DNA from: Leptospiraceae bacterium
GTDB lineage: Bacteria; Spirochaetota; Leptospiria; Leptospirales; Leptonemataceae
Direction of reading: 5' to 3'
DNA length: 64,000 nucleotides
Assembly (NCBI GenBank): GCA_040217195.1
Contig: JAVJNR010000002.1
Coordinates: 256,001 to 320,000, forward strand
This document shows, in pieces, positions 1-9,108 of the stretch (positions are counted from its first letter, which is position 1; every line of letters starts with the position of its first letter). The notes beneath the pieces were generated by a model that was given only the letters and a program-made list of their open reading frames with translations, was not told the origin of the DNA and did no database searches. The position numbers and the translations under genes are program-made.

Positions 1-3000
1 ATCCTTCGCCGGTGTTGATTCTCTGAACAAAAGCTCGATCAATCTTGATCTCATCCACAGGCATTTCATGCAACTGAGCCAGAGTGGAATAACCGGTGCC
101 AAAATCGTCGATGGCCAAGCGAAATCCTGCCTGGTGCAGTTCCAGTAAATGGGCTGTGGCATTTTCTACCTCAAGCATGGCGATGGATTCTGTGATCTCA
201 AGAACCACATCAGATGGCTTGAGACCAACTTGCTCCACCATTTGCCTGAGCGTGGTCGCCAGGTCGCGACTGAAGAGCTGACGTCTGGAAATATTTACCG
301 AAAGCTCCAGATCGAATCCCCGGGACTTCAGATCTGCATGATACTTCAGTGCTTTCTCCATGACTGTGCGACCCAGATCTGCAATCAATCCCATGCTCTC
401 TGCCAGAGGGATGAAAGAATCCGGTCCTACCTTTCCCAGTCCATTGGTGCTTGGCCACCGAGCCAGAGCTTCCATACCCACGATTCGATGACTGCCAGAT
501 TCTACGATGGGTTGAAAGTAAGGCTCAATGAGCTGGTTTTCAATGGCTTCCACCAGGTGATTTCGTATGCTTAATTGATGCTGATAGAAGGCTTTCTTAG
601 GTAAATCAGATGCGAACTTGTAATTAAATCGACCCTGTTTCTTCGCATAGTTCAAGGCCCGGTCCGCCTGACCAATAATTTCATCCAGGTTACTGCTATC
701 TGCCGGAAACATTGCTATACCGGCGCTGCATGTCACGTGTACCTTTTCGCCTTCCACTTCCATGGGCAGCCGAATCAGTTCCATGAGCAAAGTGGCAAGT
801 CCTCGAACCTTTTCCGGATCAATTATCCGGTCCATGAGAAATACGAATTGATCCCCGCCCCAGCGATAGAGTCCATTCTTCAGCTCCGGAATGGCTCGTA
901 ATTTCTCTGCGAAAAGAGCCAGAACCCGATCTCCCATCTTATGGCCCAGGATTTCGTTTATGTTGAAAAAGTGATCCAGATCTATAAGGCCCACGGCTAC
1001 AGCATGTCCCTGTGCCTCGGCCTGAAGCAGTGCTTTCTGCACATCCTCTTCCATTCTAGTGCGGTTGGGCAATCCTGTGAGGTTGTCATGATAGGCAGCG
1101 AAATGCCTTTGTTTTTCAGATATATAATCTAAAGTTGTGTCTCGAATTAGGCCTCGAATTGCAGTTCTATGATGCTCGCTGTATGCGATGAATTTCCCTT
1201 CGAACCAGCTCATTCCTGTATCTGGAGATAGAACCGGAAAACGCAACCTCACTCGATTGCGACCTTTTAGTAACGATCCCAGGGAAGCAGCCATCATCTC
1301 GCGAAAGTCTTTGTGGATTAGAGAAGGAAAGGATGTGGGGCTTCCGCTTTCCGGTAACTCTCCAAAAAATTTTCTAAATGGTTCATTGGCATTTATTACG
1401 TTGAAGCCTTCATCCATTTCTATAACAGCTTCCTCCAGAAGAGCCAGAGTTGTGAGATGGGACTTTCTTTCTTGATCAGCTCGAACTGTATCTGTAATAT
1501 CTCGGACCACTCCAACTACCAGGGACTGGTCTGCATCTTCCACCAGCCGAGTGGATATCTCCACAGGCAGGGTTGTGCCATTTCTCCGATGAAAGTTCAT
1601 GCGAAGACGGCCCCGTTTATATCCTCTCTGCTGCAGAAAGTAATCGAAGAGCCTTTTTACCCGTTTCTGTTCGCCTTCAGGAAAAATGCTGGTATATGGC
1701 CTTCCCAGGAATTGATCGCGAGGCAGGCCCAGAATTTCTTCGCATTGCAGGTTGGCTTCCAGAACGGATCCGGAGCGAAGCTCTGCCAGAAAGATTGCAT
1801 CGTTGGCACCTTCAAAAATAACGCCATACTTGGCTTCCGTTAATAAACGATCGGTAATATCTCTGGCAATAAGCTGAATTCGTCCATCCGGCATTCTTAC
1901 CGAAGACACTTCGCATATTCTTGGTTGATCGGCACTGCGGAATCGAACCCTTTGAAGGGAGATGTCCCCCTTTTCGAACAGGAATTCAGAATCCTGAACA
2001 AAGTCCTGGATGGGCCGATCGATTACCACCGATTCTGGCTTTCCCAGCACTCGTAATGCTGCCGGGTTCAGCTCTTGAATGTGTGCTCGGTCATCCAGTA
2101 CAAAGATTCCATCGGCTGCTTTCTCTCTAAGTAGCCTGGAATTCTTTTCGCTTTCTTCCAGATTACGGCGCGCCTCCTGTCTTTCCAGTTCCGCTGCTGC
2201 CCGAACGGAAATAAGCTTCAATATGGAAAACACAAATTCAGGATCTTCCAGCGGCTCCGTGGAGTACACAATCAACAGCCCATTTGGCTTTCCAGAGGTG
2301 TCATGTAACAAAACACCGGCAGCAGATCGCAGACCGTTTTTCTCAAGGCAGGTATACACCGCAGGTTGTCGGCTGGCATCGGCAATTAAACAGTAACCGT
2401 CCCGAATAACCGGCGCAGCCACCGAACCATCAATTTGAATTTCTGAATTCTGCCCAGGCTTGCCTTCATGAAAGATGGATGCAGTGTGGAAGGACTCCAT
2501 CTTTGCCGGATCCTGTACACCGGAGAAGTCGCCCAGGATAGCACCCGTAACTCCCAGGTGTCGACAGAGGGATCTGGTAAGCTCCGAGAAATATTCGTTG
2601 CCTGTGCGAGATGCAATTTCGGTAACCAGTGAAAGCGAACGATCCGTCTGACCTCGATTTCTCGCTCGCATATAGGCCATGATGGCAGGCCCTTCCTCGG
2701 TGGGAAATGCTGTACTATGGGATTCTACGGCCACACTGGTGCCGTTTTTTCGCTGGAGGCGAAAGTTAAGCGAAAAGATCTGTCCGAAGGGAAGGGTGGG
2801 AATGGTTTTTTCTACCACTCCTGGCATCTGACCGTCCATATAATCGGACAGATTTACGCCAATCAGCTGATCCAGGCTCTCTACACCATATAGTTCAGCC
2901 GCCGATTCATTGGCATACAGTACCTCCCAGTTGCGATGAATAATAACCGCTCCGGGAATAAGACTTAGTATTTCATCTACAGAATAATTCTTTCTTAATC

Positions 3001-3013
3001 GTTTCCAAGTCAT
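1..3013 (-). CDS. PAS/GAF/PAS-GGDEF-EAL c-di-GMP signalling protein, 3' end outside window
   Basis: Not in the ORF track because it has no stop in the window. Manual translation from ATG 3013 gives MTWKRLRKNYSVDEILSLIPGAVIIHRNWEVLYANESAAELYG (PAS). It also shows a GAF-like segment near 2150-2400, YRWGGDQF near 845-870, MEALARW near 455-476 and LAIDDFGTGYS near 85-118. The start, GGDQF and DDFG motifs are in the same frame; I did not check every intervening codon. Confidence 0.88.
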   Translation of the reverse strand, partial: MTWKRLRKNYSVDEILSLIPGAVIIHRNWEVLYANESAAELYGVESLDQLIGVNLSDYMDGQMPGVVEKTIPTLPFGQIFSLNFRLQRKNGTSVAVESHSTAFPTEEGPAIMAYMRARNRGQTDRSLSLVTEIASRTGNEYFSELTRSLCRHLGVTGAILGDFSGVQDPAKMESFHTASIFHEGKPGQNSEIQIDGSVAAPVIRDGYCLIADASRQPAVYTCLEKNGLRSAAGVLLHDTSGKPNGLLIVYSTEPLEDPEFVFSILKLISVRAAAELERQEARRNLEESEKNSRLLREKAADGIFVLDDRAHIQELNPAALRVLGKPESVVIDRPIQDFVQDSEFLFEKGDISLQRVRFRSADQPRICEVSSVRMPDGRIQLIARDITDRLLTEAKYGVIFEGANDAIFLAELRSGSVLEANLQCEEILGLPRDQFLGRPYTSIFPEGEQKRVKRLFDYFLQQRGYKRGRLRMNFHRRNGTTLPVEISTRLVEDADQSLVVGVVRDITDTVRADQERKSHLTTLALLEEAVIEMDEGFNVINANEPFRKFFGELPESGSPTSFPSLIHKDFREMMAASLGSLLKGRNRVRLRFPVLSPDTGMSWFEGKFIAYSEHHRTAIRGLIRDTTLDYISEKQRHFAAYHDNLTGLPNRTRMEEDVQKALLQAEAQGHAVAVGLIDLDHFFNINEILGHKMGDRVLALFAEKLRAIPELKNGLYRWGGDQFVFLMDRIIDPEKVRGLATLLMELIRLPMEVEGEKVHVTCSAGIAMFPADSSNLDEIIGQADRALNYAKKQGRFNYKFASDLPKKAFYQHQLSIRNHLVEAIENQLIEPYFQPIVESGSHRIVGMEALARWPSTNGLGKVGPDSFIPLAESMGLIADLGRTVMEKALKYHADLKSRGFDLELSVNISRRQLFSRDLATTLRQMVEQVGLKPSDVVLEITESIAMLEVENATAHLLELHQAGFRLAIDDFGTGYSTLAQLHEMPVDEIKIDRAFVQRINTGEG

Positions 3014-3271
3014 GCGCCAGGGTCTGGGGAGAAGCCTATATTTTTTTTGCCCGCGAATTCTATTTCTTTTCTTTAACTCTGGGTAGCCTCCCTGCCATCC
3101 AGAGCTTCCGGGCTGTGTTCTAAATCTTGATCGGGCTTCCTTTTGCATTTCGCAATTCAAAGCGATCCTCATAAATCGAATCCTATTGAATGCGGAATGC
3201 CTTACTGAGCCCGGGAATCGATCCCATTCGCTGGTCCGATAGCGGCCAGGCTCATCCCTATTTTCGGCTTC

Positions 3272-4051
3272 TCAGCCCGCCGAAAAATCAGGTTCCTTTT
3301 TTTCTTTGAATGCAGTGAGACCAATCTTTGGCTCCTCTCGAGAGAACATCTGACTGAATTCATTGATCTCCCGTTCCAGGGCCGCTGAAAGTGGTTGTTC
3401 CGATCCGCTATGCACCAGCCATCTGGCGATCTTCTGAGCCTCAGGCCCCTTCTTGCCGGTGATGATGGCCATCATCTTTTCTGCAGTAGGCAATAGATCA
3501 CCCAGACTGACCACCTGGTTTACCAGGCCAATTTGCAAGGCACGATCTGCTTTTACCTGAGTGCCTGTTAGAATAATTTCAAGTGCCAGCGCTGGGCCCA
3601 CAAGACGAGAAAGCCTTTGAGTTCCGCCGAATCCAGGGATAATACCCAGGCCAGTTTCAGGAAGGCCCATTTTCGCATTTTCTGAAGCGATTCGCATATC
3701 GCAGGAAAGTGCCAGCTCAAGTCCGCCTCCCAGCGCAAATCCATTAATGGCTGCAATCGTTACCAGATCAGACCCAGATATTGCATTCATAGTTTTATGC
3801 CCTTTCCTGGCGAATGCTTCGGCCTGTTCCGGATTGAAGCTGGCCATCTGCCCAATATCAGCGCCTGCGCAGAATGCCTTTTCCCCGGTGCCGGTAATAA
3901 TCAATCCACGGACATCCTTGCTGGTATTTAGACTTTCCAGATGTTCATGGATCTCTGAAAGTATGTCTTCGTTCAGAGCATTTAGCGCATCCGGACGATT
4001 TATGGTTAGCAGTGCATATTGGTTCTTCTTTTCCAGACTGATGAGGGCCAT
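3272..4051 (-). CDS. Enoyl-CoA hydratase/isomerase (crotonase family)
   Basis: Motifs AFCAGADI, AINGFALGGGLELALSCD and PETGLGIIPGFGGTQRL. Start moved to ATG 4051 (MALISLEK). Confidence 0.93.
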   Translation of the reverse strand: MALISLEKKNQYALLTINRPDALNALNEDILSEIHEHLESLNTSKDVRGLIITGTGEKAFCAGADIGQMASFNPEQAEAFARKGHKTMNAISGSDLVTIAAINGFALGGGLELALSCDMRIASENAKMGLPETGLGIIPGFGGTQRLSRLVGPALALEIILTGTQVKADRALQIGLVNQVVSLGDLLPTAEKMMAIITGKKGPEAQKIARWLVHSGSEQPLSAALEREINEFSQMFSREEPKIGLTAFKEKKEPDFSAG

Positions 4052-4198
4052 GCGATCAGAATTCTTCCGGTGCCCTCCATGCCCATAAAAAAATGAAAGC
4101 AGAGGCATTTTTGTTTGCGCTTTTCGGTATCAGGACATAATCACGAGTTCAGTTACCTGCAACCGGGCCGATAAGAAAATAGGAGGAAAGCCAGCCCT

Positions 4199-4993
4199 AT
4201 GTCTATGGATGCGAAGCACAAAGATTCAGAAGCCAGACTCCGGTCCTATTTACATGATTTGAAAGAGCAACATGGTCTGGTGGCCCTTAAAACGGGTACA
4301 GAAGTAGAGGACATGTCCTTTTCTGAAATAGCCATGTTGCGGCGCATAACAAATGGATTGCTACCTCTCCATGTTAAGATTGGCGGACCCGAAGCTCGAA
4401 ATGATATTCGAAACCTGCTGCAGATTGGGGTAGATGGAATTATTGCTCCAATGATCGAATCTGCCTATGCCCTGGGTAATTTCATTCAGACCTTGAAAGA
4501 TCTGTGCACTTCCGAACAATATGGATCGGTGGAAAAAGGGATCAATCTGGAAACCATCACGGCTTTTCGAAACATGGATTCAATTCTTACCTCCTCTACG
4601 CGAAAGGAGCTAAACCAGGTTACAGCTGCCCGAACTGATCTGTCTGGCAGCATGGAGCGATCTCCCGATGATCCTGAAGTCCTGGAAGCATGCGCATTGA
4701 TTGTGGCCCGATGCCAGGAATATGAACTTAGAACCAGCGTCGGCGGAGCTATTCATCCAGGAATCATTGAAACCCTGGTAAATCGCATTGCACCGGATAC
4801 AATCAACACAAGACATATGGTTATCTCCAGGTCTGCCCTGAGAGAAGATGGCCCGGGTCATCTTACCAGAAGCCTGGAGTTCGAATTGGAGCTATATAGG
4901 TACCTTTCTACCATTCCAGGAATTCGTCAGGAGGCCTACTCCAATCGAGTGAAGCTTCTTACAGCCAGAATGAAAAAGGCACTTCGCACATGA
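4199..4993 (+). CDS. HpcH/HpaI aldolase / citrate-lyase-like TIM-barrel protein
   Basis: Motifs VKIGGPEARND, GIIAPMIES, INLET and RTDLSGS. Strong AGGAGG RBS upstream. Confidence 0.75.
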   Translation: MSMDAKHKDSEARLRSYLHDLKEQHGLVALKTGTEVEDMSFSEIAMLRRITNGLLPLHVKIGGPEARNDIRNLLQIGVDGIIAPMIESAYALGNFIQTLKDLCTSEQYGSVEKGINLETITAFRNMDSILTSSTRKELNQVTAARTDLSGSMERSPDDPEVLEACALIVARCQEYELRTSVGGAIHPGIIETLVNRIAPDTINTRHMVISRSALREDGPGHLTRSLEFELELYRYLSTIPGIRQEAYSNRVKLLTARMKKALRT

Positions 4994-6531
4994 CAGATGT
5001 GCATTGGCTGGATCTTTCGCTTATAATCGCCTACTTGCTGGGTCTAATTATTTTCGGGTTGTATATTTCCCGTGGTGTCAAGACCGGAACCGACTACTTT
5101 CTAGCGGGAAAGAGTCTTCCATTCTGGGTCATTGGGATGTCCATCATTGGAACAAATATTGGCTCCAATGACTATGTCGGTTCTGCCGGTAATGCGTACA
5201 GTATTGGACTGGCCCAGGCAAATTTTGAATGGATAGGTGCTATACCGGCCATGGTACTGGGGGCCTTTTTGTTCCTTCCTTACTACTGGAGAGCCGGAGT
5301 TTATTCCATTCCTGAATACCTGGGAAAAAGATACGATGAGCGCACCAGGTTCCTGAGTGCTATTATTTTCACCGCATTCTCTTTTGTTATCGTGGGAGTC
5401 TTTCTCTGGGCCACCACCCTTATGTTGCATACCTACCTGGGCTGGCCTCACTGGGTGGGCATACTGGTTACAGGCGTTGTGGTCGGTTTCTACACAGTAA
5501 CCGGCGGTCTAAAGGCAGTAACCTACTCGGACACAATACAGCTGGTCATTATGTTTGGTGGCTCTCTGGGGGTGGCCTACTTTGGTATTGAGCAGGCAGG
5601 TGGCCTGGAAACATTCTTCTCGCGTCTTCAGACGGAACATCCGGATAAGCTTCGTGTTTTTCTACCGGCAGATCATCCGGACTTTCCCTGGCCCGGGGTG
5701 CTGCTGGGGCTGGCATTTGTGCTTTCGCCGGCTTACTGGTGCGCCAATCAGGCTGTGTTGCAGAGAACTCTGGCGGCTCGCTCCCAGTGGGATAGCCAGG
5801 CATCCATGTTGTTTGCGGCCTTCGCGAAGACTTTTATTCCGCTTCTAATTATTCTTCCTGGCTTTCTGGTTCTGGTCTTGAGCGCCGAACCGCTGGCGGA
5901 CAAGGATCAAGCTTTGCCCTGGATCATAAAGAATGTGCTTCCTCCCGGGTTGTCCGGTATTCTGTTTGTGGCCTTTATTGCGGCTCTGCAATCGTCGGTG
6001 GACTCAACTCTGAACTCCGCATCGACCATGTTTACACGAGACATCTACGGCGTATGGAAGGAGCAGTTTCGCAGAAGGCTCCATCCTGAAAGCGAAGAAC
6101 AAACTGAGGTTCGGGAAAGAAGAGAATTGAAAATGGGACGATGGGTCACCTTCACAGGTCTTGTTTTTGGTATGCTCTTTGCTCCAGTGACGGGAGAGTT
6201 CGGCGGCATCTACACTTTTATTCAGGAATCCCTGGCGCTGTTTCAGGGCCCCATACTTGCAATACTGGTGCTTGGTATTTTGAGTCGTCGCCCTACACCC
6301 ACAGGTGGATTCCTTTCGCTCTTACTGGGACTACTGGTGGCTGCTCTTTTAAGGCTGGGACTGGACTGGAATATGTTCTACGTTGCTTTCGCAAGTTTTG
6401 TATTTAGTGGACTATTCCTGTTCCTTGCCCGCCTATTCACAGAACCTCCTGAGCCAGACCATATTCAGGGACTGACTTTGCGATCTGTAATTCCTTCAGA
6501 TTCCACTTCTGGAGCGGTATCTGATGCTTGA
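4990..6531 (+). CDS. Sodium:solute symporter (SSS/SLC5 family)
   Basis: Motifs DYFLAGKSLP, SIPEYLGKRY, GGLKAVTYSDTIQ, NQAVLQR and AALQSSVDSTLNS. About 13 TM helices; ATGA overlap with the upstream gene. Confidence 0.93.
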   Translation: MTDVHWLDLSLIIAYLLGLIIFGLYISRGVKTGTDYFLAGKSLPFWVIGMSIIGTNIGSNDYVGSAGNAYSIGLAQANFEWIGAIPAMVLGAFLFLPYYWRAGVYSIPEYLGKRYDERTRFLSAIIFTAFSFVIVGVFLWATTLMLHTYLGWPHWVGILVTGVVVGFYTVTGGLKAVTYSDTIQLVIMFGGSLGVAYFGIEQAGGLETFFSRLQTEHPDKLRVFLPADHPDFPWPGVLLGLAFVLSPAYWCANQAVLQRTLAARSQWDSQASMLFAAFAKTFIPLLIILPGFLVLVLSAEPLADKDQALPWIIKNVLPPGLSGILFVAFIAALQSSVDSTLNSASTMFTRDIYGVWKEQFRRRLHPESEEQTEVRERRELKMGRWVTFTGLVFGMLFAPVTGEFGGIYTFIQESLALFQGPILAILVLGILSRRPTPTGGFLSLLLGLLVAALLRLGLDWNMFYVAFASFVFSGLFLFLARLFTEPPEPDHIQGLTLRSVIPSDSTSGAVSDA

Positions 6532-6703
6532 GCTAAACTGGCCGCGACTACTTGCTATTGCATTCATGCTGGCTATTCTGGCTCTTTGCTTTTATCTGCC
6601 GGGCCCGCTTCACTATAAAGATTCGCTGAAAGGATGGAAAGATCTGCGAATCTGGGCCGTCTTATTGATAGCTATTCAAATCTTCCTTTACTGGATCTTT
6701 TAA
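6524..6703 (+). CDS. Small 59-aa two-TM membrane protein coupled to the SSS gene
   Basis: Manual translation: MLELNWPRLLAIAFMLAILALCFYLPGPLHYKDSLKGWKDLRIWAVLLIAIQIFLYWIF*. GGAG RBS; overlaps the SSS stop by 8 nt. It falls below the ORF-track length cutoff. Confidence 0.75.
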   Translation: MLELNWPRLLAIAFMLAILALCFYLPGPLHYKDSLKGWKDLRIWAVLLIAIQIFLYWIF

Positions 6704-6726
6704 GCGCTTTTTCGAAATCTGGTACC

Positions 6727-7698
6727 ATGGCTGAAAATAACCGGGACGAAAATCAGGCGAACAGTCAAAATGCAGGAGTAGAATCCGATGCAACGCCGCC
6801 TCCTGGCCGGGAAGGGGCCGGCGCAACTAGACCAGGTGATCCGGGCCCACGAAGAACGCTTCGACAAACCCTGGCATTGCTACCAGGGCGAAAATGGGAT
6901 TATGTTCTTCTTTCTCTGGTGGCTGTTGATACGCTTCTGTTGCTACTGCGCGGCTCCTATGATGTATTCCTGGATCGTCGTGTGTCTCTGGGCCTCATAG
7001 GCTTTGACTTTTTTGTTCTGACGCTGTGGGGCTTTGATTTCCTGCGCAAACTCTGGAAGGAAGAAGATCGATGGAGATTTATCACCAGAAATTGGTATGA
7101 AGTGGTTGGACTGATTCCTGTGGTAATGCTTCGTCCTTTTCTGCTATTGCGAGGGCTAAAGTTAGGTATTGCATTCTATAAGCTGGGAAAGTCCACGGAA
7201 AATGTCAGTCAGTCATTAACTCGTGAAATAACCTTTCGATTCAGAGACATTATTGTAGATACCATCGCAGATGCGGTCTTTCTCCAATCCCTGGGTAGAG
7301 TGGAAGAAGTAATGAGTCGCCTGGATTATGCAGAGCTTGCCCGGAAGGCGTTTCGGAATCACCAGGAGGAATTGGATGCCCTGGTCAAGGAATCGCTACA
7401 TACCAAGAGCATGATGGGAGAATTGAGTCGAGTTCCCTTCATGGATGGATTCATAAATCGTATTGGTGTAGATGTAAGTAAAATCATAAGTGAAGTGCTG
7501 GAAGCTGAAGTGGCCGGAAGCATCATGAAAGAGATTACACGAGGAATCCTTGCAGAAATGCATGATAGAGTTCGCCAGCTGGATGTGGAGCGAATTACAT
7601 CCGATGGCAGAATGAGAAAAGGATGGACCGCACCAGGAATGGCTCCTTCCGGAAATCCAGAGAATCCAGTAGCGGAAGCTCCTGGCCCGGAAGGCTGA
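6727..7698 (+). CDS. Ion-transport-like membrane protein with a voltage-sensor-like domain and a helical C-terminus, no pore motif
   Basis: Segments WDYVLLSLVAVD, FDFFVLTLWGFDFLRK, RFITRNWYEVVGLIP and LRPFLLLRGLK resemble S1-S4. Start moved to ATG 6727 because the 59-aa ORF occupies the upstream region. Confidence 0.7.
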   Translation: MAENNRDENQANSQNAGVESDATPPPGREGAGATRPGDPGPRRTLRQTLALLPGRKWDYVLLSLVAVDTLLLLLRGSYDVFLDRRVSLGLIGFDFFVLTLWGFDFLRKLWKEEDRWRFITRNWYEVVGLIPVVMLRPFLLLRGLKLGIAFYKLGKSTENVSQSLTREITFRFRDIIVDTIADAVFLQSLGRVEEVMSRLDYAELARKAFRNHQEELDALVKESLHTKSMMGELSRVPFMDGFINRIGVDVSKIISEVLEAEVAGSIMKEITRGILAEMHDRVRQLDVERITSDGRMRKGWTAPGMAPSGNPENPVAEAPGPEG

Positions 7699-7784
7699 GA
7701 TTTTTTTGGACGGAACCCTGGCAAAGGGTTCGAGCCAGGGTACAATTCGGTTGATTTACTGAGTGCATACCTCAAAGGTTTGTC

Positions 7785-8570
7785 ATGGATCTTGGAGTCA
7801 CAGATAAAGTATACTTCCTGGCCGCATCCAGTCGTGGACTGGGCCGGGCCATAGCCCAGGAGCTCAAGGAGTGTGGAGCATCCGTTTTTCTGGGCGGCCG
7901 CAACGAAGATACCCTGCTCAAAACACTAAAGGACATGGGCGCCGATCAAGATAGAAAAGTGCATGGCTCGGTTCTGGACGCTTCTTCTGCGGACAGTATT
8001 GAAAAATGGATCGAAGAGGGCCTGCATACCTTTGGAAGAATGGATGGATCACTGGTTAATGCTGGTGGACCTCCGGCCGGAAAGTTCAAAGACTTTGATG
8101 ATTCTGATTTTGATGCTGCCTATCAGCTCACTTTGATGAGTGCAGTGCGTATGATCCGGGAATCTCTACCTGCCCTTCGGGGAAGCAAAGGTAATGTACT
8201 GATTGTAACGTCCCTCTCCGTTCGGGAGCCGGTGGACAACTTAATTCTTTCGAATGTATTTCGCAGTGGTGTCAATGCACTGATGAAAACACTGTCCAGA
8301 GAACTGATGCCGGATGGTATCAGAACAAACTGCATTGCGCCGGGACTGATATCTACGGACCGACTGGAAAATATTGAAAAGGCTAATGCAGAGGCCACAG
8401 GAAGAAATTCAAACGAAGTACGCAAGGAGATGCAGTCCGGCATACCTATGGGTCGCTACGGAGATCCGGCAGAGTTTGGTCGTGTAGGTGCATTTCTACT
8501 TTCGCCGGCTGCATCCTATGTAAATGGTGAATCGATCCAGGTGGATGGGGGACTGGCACGAAGCGTATGA
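7785..8570 (+). CDS. Short-chain dehydrogenase/reductase
   Basis: Motifs [25 protein letters not shown] and [13 protein letters not shown]. Confidence 0.92.
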   Translation: MDLGVTDKVYFLAASSRGLGRAIAQELKECGASVFLGGRNEDTLLKTLKDMGADQDRKVHGSVLDASSADSIEKWIEEGLHTFGRMDGSLVNAGGPPAGKFKDFDDSDFDAAYQLTLMSAVRMIRESLPALRGSKGNVLIVTSLSVREPVDNLILSNVFRSGVNALMKTLSRELMPDGIRTNCIAPGLISTDRLENIEKANAEATGRNSNEVRKEMQSGIPMGRYGDPAEFGRVGAFLLSPAASYVNGESIQVDGGLARSV

Positions 8571-9085
8571 CCCGCTCGGAAAAGAATAAAACCGACGAAA
8601 GGAGTCCTCTGGTTGGTATCATCATGGGCAGCAATTCGGACTGGGAAACCATGAAGGCCGCAAGGGATATTTTAGATGAATTTGCCGTGCCCTGCGAAGC
8701 CCTGGTGGTTTCGGCCCATCGCACACCGGAAAAGATGTACGAATATGCAACTAGCGCCCGGCAGAGAGGGATTCGTGTAATCATAGCAGGGGCAGGAGGT
8801 GCGGCACATTTGCCTGGAATGACCGCTTCGCTCACCACTTTACCGGTTATTGGTGTTCCCGTTCAGACCAGGGCACTGAGCGGTCTGGACTCTCTGCTTT
8901 CTATTGTTCAGATGCCTGGCGGTATTCCGGTGGCTACTACAGCCATCGGAAGCTCCGGGGCCAAGAATGCAGGTATTCTGGCAGCCCAGATCTTGAGTCT
9001 CCAGGATCCGGCTCTGGCGACCAGGCTGGAAACCTATCGTCAGTCCTTGAAAGATATGGTGGATCAAATGAAGCTGGAAGACTAA
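8567..9085 (+). CDS. purE: N5-CAIR mutase
   Basis: Motifs [26 protein letters not shown] and [11 protein letters not shown]. Confidence 0.98.
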   Translation: MTRSEKNKTDERSPLVGIIMGSNSDWETMKAARDILDEFAVPCEALVVSAHRTPEKMYEYATSARQRGIRVIIAGAGGAAHLPGMTASLTTLPVIGVPVQTRALSGLDSLLSIVQMPGGIPVATTAIGSSGAKNAGILAAQILSLQDPALATRLETYRQSLKDMVDQMKLED

Positions 9086-9108
9086 TCCCTGAGATTTTTT
9101 CTGGCTGC

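Noticed and set aside
96..2616. Many short ORFs in the track over the first 2.6 kb
   Set aside because: They are shadows of the long minus-strand PAS/GAF-GGDEF-EAL gene that runs off the window.
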